DNA from: an uncultured Candidatus Thioglobus sp.
Lineage (GTDB): Bacteria > Pseudomonadota > Gammaproteobacteria > PS1 > Pseudothioglobaceae
DNA length: 64,000 nt
Reading direction: 5' to 3'
Assembly: GCA_964653365.1 (NCBI GenBank)
Contig: CAZZER010000004.1
Span: forward strand, 8,429-72,428
Position 1 is the stretch's first letter; every line of letters begins with the position of its first letter. Below, piece by piece: positions 37,494 through 46,342 of this stretch. Made by a program: the position numbers and the translations under genes. The notes under the pieces were generated by a model. That model saw only the letters and a program-made list of their open reading frames with translations. It was not told the origin of the DNA and did not search any database.

Positions 37494-38417
37494 TTAAGTA
37501 TTATCGATTAATTCCTGAACAGCGCCAAACAAATCAGTATTCCATACAAGATCTGCCATTCTAGCCATTGGCGCATCTGCATCGTTATTAATAACAACAA
37601 TCACTTGCGAATCTTTCATGCCAGCTAAATGTTGAATGGCTCCGGAAATACCAACGGCCAAATACAATTTGGGCGCAACCACCTTACCTGTTTGACCTAC
37701 TTGATAATCATTAGAGATAAATCCTGCATCAACAGCTGCCCTAGATGCACCAACCGCGGCATCGAGTTTGTCTGCTAATTGCTCAATCAAAGAAAAGTTC
37801 TCCTGCGAACCAAGTCCTCGACCACCAGAAACAATACGGTCTGCTGTAGTTAATTCTGGACGCTCAGATTGAGACTCCTGAAGTGAAATAAAAGTGGAGT
37901 TTGAGTCTGGAACAGAAGTGGACAACACATCAATGGAGGCCGAACCACCATCTTCTGTGTGATCAAATGCCGTTGGGCGAACTGTCATTAGGATTGTTTC
38001 GTCACTGCTCTCAACTGTCGCCATGATGTTGCCAGCATAGAGAGGGCGTACGAAGGTGTTAGCTGATTTAATTTCACAAACATCCGATATCGGTTGAACA
38101 TCAAGCAGAGCACCAACAACAGGCACAATATTTTTACTGTAGGTCGCAGAACCTGCAATTAGATATTGATAAGAGCCCATAACCTCAGCAATGAGTTTAC
38201 TTGCGATACCTGCAGACACATGTTCAAGCACCGGGTCAGCTATAACTTTGACATTGCTGATCCCGCTTAGTGAAGCTACTGCGTCAGCGTTTGCAGCATC
38301 GTTAGTTAATACAAGTGCATCAACAGTATCCGATAATTGGGTAGCAGCAGTCACTGCAGCACGTGAGTTGGCGCTGATTTCTGCACCATGTAATTCGATT
38401 AAAACTAAGGCTGACAT
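37494..38417 (-). CDS. etfA: Electron transfer flavoprotein alpha subunit
   Basis: 307 aa. C-terminal FAD-binding region VSGGRGLG...QVGQTGKVVAPKLYLAVGISGAIQHLAGM. Confidence 0.9.
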   Translation of the reverse strand: MSALVLIELHGAEISANSRAAVTAATQLSDTVDALVLTNDAANADAVASLSGISNVKVIADPVLEHVSAGIASKLIAEVMGSYQYLIAGSATYSKNIVPVVGALLDVQPISDVCEIKSANTFVRPLYAGNIMATVESSDETILMTVRPTAFDHTEDGGSASIDVLSTSVPDSNSTFISLQESQSERPELTTADRIVSGGRGLGSQENFSLIEQLADKLDAAVGASRAAVDAGFISNDYQVGQTGKVVAPKLYLAVGISGAIQHLAGMKDSQVIVVINNDADAPMARMADLVWNTDLFGAVQELIDNT

Positions 38418-39178
38418 TAGAGTACTCCCATTTGGTTTAATTCATTAAGCAATTCTTTTGCCGATGACACTTGTTTCGCTGCTCTGTCCTTGGTACCAGA
38501 TTCCTCAACACTAACGACTTTAACTCGAGGACTTACATCAATGTCAAGACTCGACAACTCCACGGTTTCGAGCGGTTTAGATCTTGCCTTCATAATATTG
38601 GGCAAAGAGGCATATCTTGGCTCATTTAAACGCAAATCGACGGTTACAATTGCTGGAAGGTTAAGCCCTCTTTGTTCAATTCCTGAATCAATTTCTCGAC
38701 TCACTTCAACACCATGCATATCTTCACTTAAAGTGAATTTTGAAATGAAAGTGCCCAAGGAATAATCAAGAAGACCCGAGAGCATTTGCCCGGTTTGATT
38801 ATTGTCGTTATCGACAGCTTGCTTGCCCATGATGACCAATTCTGCTTCTTCACGTTTAACAACGTTAGCAAGGATTTTGGCCAAATGCAGCGGTTGCAGA
38901 TCAGCATCGACTTCAGTCTTAATAAAAATAGCACGATCTACACCCATTGCAAGTGCTGTTCTAAGTGTGTCAACTGTTTTATCAGAGCCAATGCTTACAG
39001 CGATTGTCTCACTTGCTTTGCCGCTTTCTTGCAATCTAAGCGCCTCTTCAACAGCAATTTCACAAAAAGGGTTCATCGCCATCTTGGCATTGGTTAAATC
39101 AACCCTTTGTGTTTGCTTGTCAACGCGAGCTTGTGTGTAAGGGTCAAGTACACGCTTGATTGGTATAATGATTTTCAT
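38417..39178 (-). CDS. etfB: Electron transfer flavoprotein beta subunit
   Basis: From the internal ATG at 39178: MKIIIPIKRVLDPY..., MNPFCEIAVEEALRL. Its stop overlaps the etfA start (TAATG). Confidence 0.9.
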   Translation of the reverse strand: MKIIIPIKRVLDPYTQARVDKQTQRVDLTNAKMAMNPFCEIAVEEALRLQESGKASETIAVSIGSDKTVDTLRTALAMGVDRAIFIKTEVDADLQPLHLAKILANVVKREEAELVIMGKQAVDNDNNQTGQMLSGLLDYSLGTFISKFTLSEDMHGVEVSREIDSGIEQRGLNLPAIVTVDLRLNEPRYASLPNIMKARSKPLETVELSSLDIDVSPRVKVVSVEESGTKDRAAKQVSSAKELLNELNQMGVL

Positions 39179-39329
39179 CTGTCGTAGCGTCCTAACTATA
39201 AAATCTGCGAATAATACCATATAAGTATTGATTGTTCATAACTCGAGTAACGATATTTTTTCGACTTGTCGATTGGAAAAATCGATAGTTTTTTGCGCGC
39301 TAACAGGGTGGCAATATAGATTGAAATAT

Positions 39330-40766
39330 CTACCGTATCGGAAAGCGCAATCTTGCCTCAGCGCCGCCCTGTAAAAAGCGATTTTGCAGTGTTATTTCCC
39401 CGCCGTGAAGCTGCATGATTTTCTTAACAAAGCGCAAGCCCAAACCATTTCCTCGCTTACCTGTGTCTGGCCTAGAAACTGAAAAAAATCGCGTAAATAA
39501 TTTGCGCATCACATGTTCGGGAATACCTGGGCCTTCATCCAAAACAACTATGTTAACTGCCGTATTGGTTTCAGTTGCTTTAATTGTAATAGTGCCCTCG
39601 ATTGGGCTGAAATCAAGGGCATTATTAAGAATATTGCCAATAGCCTGTTCTAGTAACAATTTCTCAGCAATTATTTTTCCATCTTGCTCAATTTCAAACT
39701 CTACACTAAGATTTTTATTGGCAATTGCGCGAACGCGGCTTGGTGCCTTTAAAACATTTTCGACAATAGTTTTGATATTAAGCGTGGCTACATTTTTTAA
39801 ATTCTCCCTTCTTTCAATACGCGAAAGCTCCAACAATCTAGTTACCAATTTATCCATCTGTTTGTTTGAGTCAAGAATATTTTGGATAAAGTGCTTCCTT
39901 TGCTCGTCATCCATTGGTAAAAGTAGGTTTTCTGCTGTTGCTCGTACACCAGTAATTGGTGTTCGTAATTCGTGAGCCAAGGTGTTTATATATTCTTCTA
40001 CGTTGTCTTTGAGCTCTAGATCACCACGCAATTTTTCAATGGCTTTAGTGAGCTTGATAAATTCATCGTTCTTAATATGAGGTTTGGGCGCATTTTCACC
40101 TTTGGAAAGTTGAGTTGTGTATCTGACCAAAATATTGGTATCACGAGAGACAATATAACTTGCAAAACCACCAAAGATTAAGGAGACAAACAATATATAC
40201 AGGGCGTACTCATATATTTGCACAGCGCCTTTGTCAAAATAGGGTGTTAGTAGAAGCATGGGTTTTACAACAACAAGCACACCAACAATGTTCTTTTTTA
40301 AGTCGAAAACCGGGCTTGAAACATACAGAGCCTTTGCGGCAATTAATGGTTTTTCATTGTTAGGATCATAAGGTATTTTGCGAATACCGTGATTACCCTT
40401 AAGTGCATTGACTACTTCTTTGTGCTGGCTCATATCTTTTCCAAGCGACGAACCACGTGAATCATAAATAACCTTACCGGACTCATCCGTAAGATAGACC
40501 TCTAAGTTGGTGAGAAAATGATCTTTATGGGGGCCAATTTGGGGATTGAGGTAACCGGAAATAACATTGCTAAATGTATCCACATCAATGCCATCATTAA
40601 CAATATGATGCGCGGCTATTTGGCCCAACAGATTTGAGGCGTCAATCATCACCTCTTCTGCAGACTGTTCGCTTGTTCGGTGCGCGATAAGCCAAACAAT
40701 TGAGCTACTAATCAAGAAATATAGAATAAAGAGCTTGGTGCCGATATTGAATTTGAAAGGCTTCAT
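39330..40766 (-). CDS. Sensor histidine kinase (two TM segments flanking a periplasmic domain, plus HisKA and HATPase_c)
   Basis: H-box AHELRTPITGVRA. G-boxes DEGPGIP and GNGLGLRFV. Confidence 0.85.
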   Translation of the reverse strand: MKPFKFNIGTKLFILYFLISSSIVWLIAHRTSEQSAEEVMIDASNLLGQIAAHHIVNDGIDVDTFSNVISGYLNPQIGPHKDHFLTNLEVYLTDESGKVIYDSRGSSLGKDMSQHKEVVNALKGNHGIRKIPYDPNNEKPLIAAKALYVSSPVFDLKKNIVGVLVVVKPMLLLTPYFDKGAVQIYEYALYILFVSLIFGGFASYIVSRDTNILVRYTTQLSKGENAPKPHIKNDEFIKLTKAIEKLRGDLELKDNVEEYINTLAHELRTPITGVRATAENLLLPMDDEQRKHFIQNILDSNKQMDKLVTRLLELSRIERRENLKNVATLNIKTIVENVLKAPSRVRAIANKNLSVEFEIEQDGKIIAEKLLLEQAIGNILNNALDFSPIEGTITIKATETNTAVNIVVLDEGPGIPEHVMRKLFTRFFSVSRPDTGKRGNGLGLRFVKKIMQLHGGEITLQNRFLQGGAEARLRFPIR

Positions 40767-41431
40767 TCAATCAAGCTGTAACCAATACCGCGATGCGTTT
40801 CGATGTATTCATTTTTACTATCAATCTCGTGCAAGCGCTTGCGAATCGATTTGATGTGTGTGTTAATGGTTTTAACATCCGAACCATGAGGTCTATCCCA
40901 AATAATGCTCAGTAAATATTCGCGGGAATGCACTCGATTTGGATGCTTTATTAAATGAGAAAGTATTTTAAATTCAGCAGGGGTTAGGGTTAAATCCTGA
41001 GCACAAAAAACGACTTTTTGCATGGCATCGTTAATGCTAAAGCTAGACTGTGAGACGTTAATATCGGTGCGAAGATGTCTCAGTTGGGCGCGAACGTGCG
41101 CCACCACCAATCTTGGGCTTAGCGGTTTCGTTACATAGCCATTCGCCCCTAATCCTTCTAAACCCAAAACTTGGTCGGCTTCATCATCTCTAGCAGATAT
41201 GATTACCACGGGTAGTTCTGATTTAGTGCGAATCTTGCGCAAGACATCAAAACCACTCATGTCTGGAAGTCCTATATCGAGCAACACTAAATCAACCGTA
41301 TTGTTGTCAATATAATCAAGCGCCGCATGGCCATTGTCAAACCATTGACAAGTAAAAGAATCTTTTTCTAAAATGAATTCAATGCTTTCAGCAATGGTTC
41401 TATCATCTTCAACAATCAGAATATGTTGCAT
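40763..41431 (-). CDS. OmpR-family response regulator
   Basis: Receiver domain ILIVEDD...DLVLLDIGLPDMSGF. C-terminal winged-helix ...VKTINTHIKSIRKRL...GIGYSL. 4-nt overlap with the kinase gene. Confidence 0.85.
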   Translation of the reverse strand: MQHILIVEDDRTIAESIEFILEKDSFTCQWFDNGHAALDYIDNNTVDLVLLDIGLPDMSGFDVLRKIRTKSELPVVIISARDDEADQVLGLEGLGANGYVTKPLSPRLVVAHVRAQLRHLRTDINVSQSSFSINDAMQKVVFCAQDLTLTPAEFKILSHLIKHPNRVHSREYLLSIIWDRPHGSDVKTINTHIKSIRKRLHEIDSKNEYIETHRGIGYSLIE

Positions 41432-41744
41432 ATTTATATAGGAGTCTTAAAAGGCATTATTGTAGTTAAAAATCAGATAAACAAAACAACCTTCATACAA
41501 TCTTCACCAAAACTTCACTTATAAAACATTTGACATTGGAATCAATAGCCTAAACTAAGAATCATTGTTTTTGGTCAATTAGGGCGAAGTGTTTCACATT
41601 CTCCTTTTTGTTGGCAATCGTAAGATGGCGATAACTTAGCACGTTAAGCTCGATGTTATCACAGGCTATAAGCAAGCGAACGCCCTAATGGCTAAAAACA
41701 CCATTATTTAGGCTTTTAATTTATAACCTTGAAGCTACTGAATT

Positions 41745-41870
41745 ATGAAAAAACAAATTACAAAGAACCTCGAACATTTCTACCACAATCCTCTCCTTGG
41801 GGTAGATGAGGTACCGGCTGATGCTGGTGGTCTCTCCTTCCGCCAGCAGCACCTTTTTGCTAAGGCATAA
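41745..41870 (+). CDS. Possible 41-aa small ORF (below the ORF-track cutoff)
   Basis: My translation: MKKQITKNLEHFYHNPLLGVDEVPADAGGLSFRQQHLFAKA. The stop lies 3 nt before the ATG of the next ORF. No obvious RBS checked. Confidence 0.25.
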   Translation: MKKQITKNLEHFYHNPLLGVDEVPADAGGLSFRQQHLFAKA

Positions 41871-41873
41871 TCA

Positions 41874-42320
41874 ATGTCTGCCCAAGCAAACAATAAACAC
41901 TGGTCAAGTATTAACGCTGTTCCAGTATTGCACTTAACATTAAAAAAAAACAATCAGCATTTTGTTGTTTTAGAAGGAGTTAGCGACGAAGTGTTGGAGG
42001 TCGGACTTGGTAGATTATCTGCCAGTTACTTTCCCTCAGATTCAGGCACTGTTGTCATTTATGTCAGTCAATCATTTAATTTTTTACAAAATTTACAACT
42101 TAACGATCAAATTATTCTAAACGAACAAAAAGGAGGGCAGTTTAATTATGCCGTTTGCAAAATGGAAATTATCGACATAAAAGACAACCCTATCAATATT
42201 CAGGAAGATATTGACGAGTTAAAGCTGTTCACGGCTTGGCCGTTTGGTTCAGATAAAGATCAAACCACTCTTAGATATATTGTTCACTTAACTCAACTTA
42301 GCAAACCTGCTTTGCATTAG
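41874..42320 (+). CDS. Sortase-fold-like protein lacking the catalytic His and Cys and lacking a membrane anchor
   Basis: 148 aa. From memory of sortase family motifs: VLEGVSDEVLEVGLGRL resembles v.EG.s...L..GpGH; TVVIYVSQSFNFLQNLQLNDQIIL resembles n.viaGHRdt.F..L..L..GD.I.l; LKLFTAWPFGSDKDQTTLRYIVHL resembles LtLvTC.PF.......RyvV.a. Confidence 0.4.
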   Translation: MSAQANNKHWSSINAVPVLHLTLKKNNQHFVVLEGVSDEVLEVGLGRLSASYFPSDSGTVVIYVSQSFNFLQNLQLNDQIILNEQKGGQFNYAVCKMEIIDIKDNPINIQEDIDELKLFTAWPFGSDKDQTTLRYIVHLTQLSKPALH

Positions 42321-42340
42321 GCATTGGGAAATTGTCAACA

Positions 42341-42502
42341 ATGAAAGAAATTCAAAGCCAAGCCGATAAATCTAAATCCAAAAACGATAAAGAGAAGATC
42401 TTTTGCAGACATCTTAATGTCAATGAATCTCAGCTTCATAAAGCACTAGCTTGGTATCACAGTGCCATGCAAAGCACACAACAAAGAAAGCTTCATCACT
42501 AG
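42341..42502 (+). CDS. Possible 53-aa small ORF
   Basis: My translation: MKEIQSQADKSKSKNDKEKIFCRHLNVNESQLHKALAWYHSAMQSTQQRKLHH. Starts 20 nt after the sortase-like ORF. Confidence 0.2.
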   Translation: MKEIQSQADKSKSKNDKEKIFCRHLNVNESQLHKALAWYHSAMQSTQQRKLHH

Positions 42503-42842
42503 CTTTTAAGAACAATTTCCACCTATAGCTCTAAATAACGACAAAAGTAAGCATTTAGTTCGAGTGCAAAAAATTTGGAAAATTTTCACTTTTAAGCTTT
42601 TCATATTGAAAAAATACACCTAAGTGGTTATTATTAGCCAAAAACAGCTTGTTTTTCTCAGTTTTTTACAGAAAACACTCATTTAAAGAGAACCCTGAGG
42701 AAAAAATGAGTTTGATGACTTCAGATGCATGAATCTTCATTTTCACTATAAAAGACTGTAATAACTACCTTGTAATCATTGGGTAAACTCATTGTCTTAT
42801 GTATACTAGCCTCAATTATCTTGCGCTAAGCTGGGAAGAAAA

Positions 42843-43973
42843 ATGGATTTAATCAAAGCACTTTCGATTGTTGGCGATGAGTTGTTAATTGATTGGCACG
42901 ATGGCATGCAGAGTCGTCTATATAGCCACTGGTTGCGCGATCATTGCCAAATGCCAACTTCTCGTAATTCGGCCAACGGTCAGCGCCTGCTCAGTGTAAT
43001 AGAAATTCCACAGGACACTTTTATTGAGAAAGTTGAGCAAGATAAAGACGGCAATGTGCGTGCACTCTTTCAACCAGAAAACCATTTATCCGTTTTTACC
43101 GAACAATGGTTGAGAGATAATTGTTATAACCTGAATCAACAATTTGATGATCGAAGTGCAGTAAATAAGAAACTGTGGCAAAAGAGTAGCTTTTCGGGCA
43201 ACCTGCCAAGAGTTGATTTTGATGATATGCGCAAAACCAAGCAAGGAAAAATTGACGCCTTGACGTGCGTTAGAGATTTTGGTTTTTGCATCTTGGAAAG
43301 TGTGCCTTGTATTGAAGGACAAGTGCTGAAAGTAATTGCAAAAATAGGATTTACCCGCGAAACAAATTACGGCGCAATCTTTGAGGTACGCACCGAGGTA
43401 AACCCAAATAATCTTGCTTATACAAATATGGGGCTCGGATCGCATACCGACAATCCATACCGCGACCCAGTGCCCACCGTACAATTATTACACTGCCTAG
43501 AAAGCTCGACAGAGGGTGGCGATTCAGTACTTGTTGATGGCTTTCAAGCTGCGCAAGTTTTGCGTGAAGAAAGCCCAAAAAATTTTGAAACCTTGGCTAA
43601 TACATGGATAAATTTTCGGTTTTCTGATGAAAAGACCGATCTACATTCTCGCGTGCCAATGATTGAGGTCAACGATAAAAACGAAGTGATTAAAGTCAGG
43701 TACAACAACCGCTCCATTGATACCATTAAGCTGCCCTTTGAAAAAATTCGTGATTATTATCAAGCCTATCGTCATTGGGGGGAAATTATTGAAAGGGAGG
43801 ATTTAAAGGTGACTTTTAAGTTAACGCCTGGAGACCTAATGCTGTTTGACAACACACGAGTTATGCATGCCAGAACTGCTTTTTCAAAGGATGGTAAGCG
43901 CCATTTGCAAGGAGCTTATACCGACTTAGATGGCTTATACAGCCTTTTAAATGTATTGGAAAAAGACCCGTAA
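42843..43973 (+). CDS. Fe(II)/2-oxoglutarate dioxygenase of the gamma-butyrobetaine-hydroxylase/TauD family (TmpA- or PhnY*-like)
   Basis: 376 aa. N-terminal DUF971-like domain LIDWHDGMQSRLYSHWLRDHC. Facial-triad context GSHTDNPY (HxD) and ...NTRVMHARTAF. Confidence 0.7.
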   Translation: MDLIKALSIVGDELLIDWHDGMQSRLYSHWLRDHCQMPTSRNSANGQRLLSVIEIPQDTFIEKVEQDKDGNVRALFQPENHLSVFTEQWLRDNCYNLNQQFDDRSAVNKKLWQKSSFSGNLPRVDFDDMRKTKQGKIDALTCVRDFGFCILESVPCIEGQVLKVIAKIGFTRETNYGAIFEVRTEVNPNNLAYTNMGLGSHTDNPYRDPVPTVQLLHCLESSTEGGDSVLVDGFQAAQVLREESPKNFETLANTWINFRFSDEKTDLHSRVPMIEVNDKNEVIKVRYNNRSIDTIKLPFEKIRDYYQAYRHWGEIIEREDLKVTFKLTPGDLMLFDNTRVMHARTAFSKDGKRHLQGAYTDLDGLYSLLNVLEKDP

Positions 43974-43974
43974 T

Positions 43975-44538
43975 ATGACTGAAGTGAATGCCAATAATAT
44001 AGTTAATCATATCGAGGATGTGTTTGATCGTCGTGGCGCAGAATCGTATCTGGGCGAACAAGTAACTATGGCACAACACATGCTGCAAACTGCAGAGTGT
44101 GCTGAAAAAGCTGGCGCCGATAACAGCTTGATTGTTGCAAGCTTGTTGCATGATATCGGCCACTACAAAAATGAAATTCCCGAGAGTGTACTAGCCAAAG
44201 GTACAGATAATTACCACGAGGAAGCTGGCGCTAACTTTTTGCAAGATTTCTTCCCTCAATCCGTTGTTGAGCCAATTCGTCAACACGTAGCCACAAAGCG
44301 TTATTTATGCGCTGTTAAACCCGAATATTTTGATCGGCTTTCACCAGCTTCCGTTCACACACTTAACTTACAGGGCGGACCAATGAGTGCCAAAGAGGTC
44401 GAAGAATTTGAAAAGAATGATTTTCTCGAGCAATGCATTGCTTTGCGCTATTGGGATGAAGAGGGCAAAGATCCAGATCGAACACATCCACCATTTTCTT
44501 ATTATCGGCATTTAGTCGAATCTTTAATTGTACGTTGA
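43975..44538 (+). CDS. HD-domain protein (TmpB/PhnZ-like diiron oxygenase candidate)
   Basis: 187 aa from ATG 43975, one nt after the upstream stop. Motifs QHMLQTA, LLHDIGHY and a later H...H/D pattern. The size and pairing with a TauD-family gene match the PhnY*/PhnZ and TmpA/TmpB pairs. Confidence 0.6.
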   Translation: MTEVNANNIVNHIEDVFDRRGAESYLGEQVTMAQHMLQTAECAEKAGADNSLIVASLLHDIGHYKNEIPESVLAKGTDNYHEEAGANFLQDFFPQSVVEPIRQHVATKRYLCAVKPEYFDRLSPASVHTLNLQGGPMSAKEVEEFEKNDFLEQCIALRYWDEEGKDPDRTHPPFSYYRHLVESLIVR

Positions 44539-44566
44539 TGCTGCGCAACAATAATCGGGGAGGGAA

Positions 44567-45397
44567 ATGTTTAAAGTAATTTTAGTGATAGTTGATGGAC
44601 TCAAGTACGAAACAGCCATTGATCAATGTGGCTATTTAGAAGCTCTCGTGGAATCCAATCAAGCCAGGAGAATGAAAATGCTGGCTGTTTTGCCAACGCT
44701 CTCAGCGCCAATTTATGAAACACTTCATACCGGTCTTGAGCCCCATGAGCACGGCATCACGTCGAATGACAACTTGCGCCAATCAAATTTTGACAATATT
44801 TTTTCAATTTCTAAGGCGCATGGCCTTGTTACAGCTGCTGCTGCACACAGCTTTTTTTCCACTTTGTATAATACCGATCCATACAATCCAGTAACAGACC
44901 AAGAAGTTAACGACCCAAATAAACCAATACAACACGCAAGATTCTATTCTGAAATTGGCGCTACGTCATTTAATATTTCACTACTTTCTGAACATGATTT
45001 AATGAATCAAGCCAGCATGTTGATTCAGCGCTATCAGCCAAACTATTTAATGATCCACTCTTCAAGCTGCGATGCTATTGGACACAAATATGGTGGTGAC
45101 TCCCCCGAATACTCAAAACAAGCTTGGATGGTGAATGATCAGCTGGCTCAACATATACCTCTTTGGATAAGTGCGGGATATCGAATTCTTGTTACGGCGG
45201 ATCATGGTTTTACAGATCTGGGTACTCACGGAGGAACCAGTGACGTCGAACGCTGGACTCCTTACTATGATATCGGTCATCCACGCCCCGGCATTGAGGA
45301 GTCAATAGTCTCTCAACTTTCTGTCGCACCAAGTATCTTGGGGTTGTTAAATCTGCCAATACCCAACCAGATGAAGGCAAAGCAATTGCATGTCTGA
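44567..45397 (+). CDS. Alkaline-phosphatase-superfamily enzyme (type I phosphodiesterase/nucleotide pyrophosphatase-like)
   Basis: 276 aa. Metal and nucleophile motifs in order: VIVDGL, LPTLSAPIYETLHTG, SSCDAIGHKYG, VTADHGF..GTHGG. Confidence 0.65.
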   Translation: MFKVILVIVDGLKYETAIDQCGYLEALVESNQARRMKMLAVLPTLSAPIYETLHTGLEPHEHGITSNDNLRQSNFDNIFSISKAHGLVTAAAAHSFFSTLYNTDPYNPVTDQEVNDPNKPIQHARFYSEIGATSFNISLLSEHDLMNQASMLIQRYQPNYLMIHSSSCDAIGHKYGGDSPEYSKQAWMVNDQLAQHIPLWISAGYRILVTADHGFTDLGTHGGTSDVERWTPYYDIGHPRPGIEESIVSQLSVAPSILGLLNLPIPNQMKAKQLHV

Positions 45398-45656
45398 AGC
45401 CCAAATTAACTGGACAGTTTATTTGCTAGAATGCGGGGATAAAAGCCTTTACTGTGGGATAACAAACAATCTTGACAAACGACTAAGACAACACAATGGA
45501 GAACTTAAAGGTGGAGCTAAATATACCCGAACTCACCAGCCCTGTCGGCTAGTATACCAAGAGCAATCAGTAAATCGCAGTGAAGCGTTAAAGAGGGAAG
45601 CTGAAATTAAAAAAATGCCAAAAAGTGAAAAACAAAATTTGGCGAATCAAAACTAA
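45390..45656 (+). CDS. GIY-YIG domain protein (UPF0213/YhbQ-like)
   Basis: WTVYLLEC...LYCGITNNLDKRLRQHN...SEALKREAEIKKM. 8-nt overlap with the upstream gene. Confidence 0.8.
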   Translation: MSEAQINWTVYLLECGDKSLYCGITNNLDKRLRQHNGELKGGAKYTRTHQPCRLVYQEQSVNRSEALKREAEIKKMPKSEKQNLANQN

Positions 45657-45663
45657 GTCGGTT

Positions 45664-46218
45664 TCAATCAAGAGCTTTTTGTAATACACTTAAATCGTCA
45701 AGCACCATTTTCGAATGGCTATTTGGGTCAACCGAAAGATAAATCTTAGCAATATTCCCTTTAGGGTCAATAATAAAGGTGTTGCGTTTGGCAAGTTTGA
45801 TTAAGTAATAGTTTCGTAAAGAATCATAGGACTCTGATACCTCGCCACTGGCATCTGAAAGCAGAGAGAAGGGCAGTTTGAATTTATCGGAAAACGCCTT
45901 ATGTGACTCGATACTATCAACACTAATGCCAAACACAATGGCTCTTGAGTTGATAATTCGCTCTACAGCATCTCTAAAATCACAGGCTTGGGTTGTGCAA
46001 CCTGGGGTGTCGTCCCTTGGGTAAAAATAAAGAACAAGCCATTGCCCGTAGTAATCACTTAAGTTGTGATTACTGCCGTATTGATCTGGCAGATTGAAAT
46101 CGGGCGCGGGGTCACCAATTTCTAGGTTCGCATTGGTGTTTGAAAATATCGAAAGTAAGACAGCCATAATGATTGTTTTTAACATCGTTTTTCGGCGTAT
46201 GATGCTCATGAAAAACAC
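45664..46218 (-). CDS. bcp: Bcp-type peroxiredoxin with N-terminal signal peptide
   Basis: GDPAPDFNLPDQYG...WLVLYFYPRDDTPGCTTQAC. The true start is probably the internal MLKTIIMAVLL. Confidence 0.85.
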   Translation of the reverse strand: MFFMSIIRRKTMLKTIIMAVLLSIFSNTNANLEIGDPAPDFNLPDQYGSNHNLSDYYGQWLVLYFYPRDDTPGCTTQACDFRDAVERIINSRAIVFGISVDSIESHKAFSDKFKLPFSLLSDASGEVSESYDSLRNYYLIKLAKRNTFIIDPKGNIAKIYLSVDPNSHSKMVLDDLSVLQKALD

Positions 46219-46342
46219 TTTATCATAATTGTTTATTTGCGGTTGAATAATACATTAAAATTCGCGCTTTAAATTTTCTAGCCCGCCTTTTTGTTGTTAA
46301 TACTACGTAAAGGGTTTGCCTTAATTAAGATCGGAAATCATT

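Noticed and set aside
39415-39975. 186-aa plus-strand ORF, and similar antisense ORFs at 38490-39140, 59133-59468, 62143-62604 and 53218-53529
   Set aside because: Each is fully embedded antisense in a gene with clear family motifs (histidine kinase, etfB, pheA, aroA, radA). None has a recognisable motif or its own start context.
42756-42776. Direct repeat CTGTAAT...TTGTAAT upstream of the dioxygenase gene, as a possible Pho box
   Set aside because: The repeat period is 14 nt rather than the 11-nt period of PhoB boxes. It is not positioned at -35 relative to the best -10 (TATACT, 42802-42807). The evidence is insufficient.
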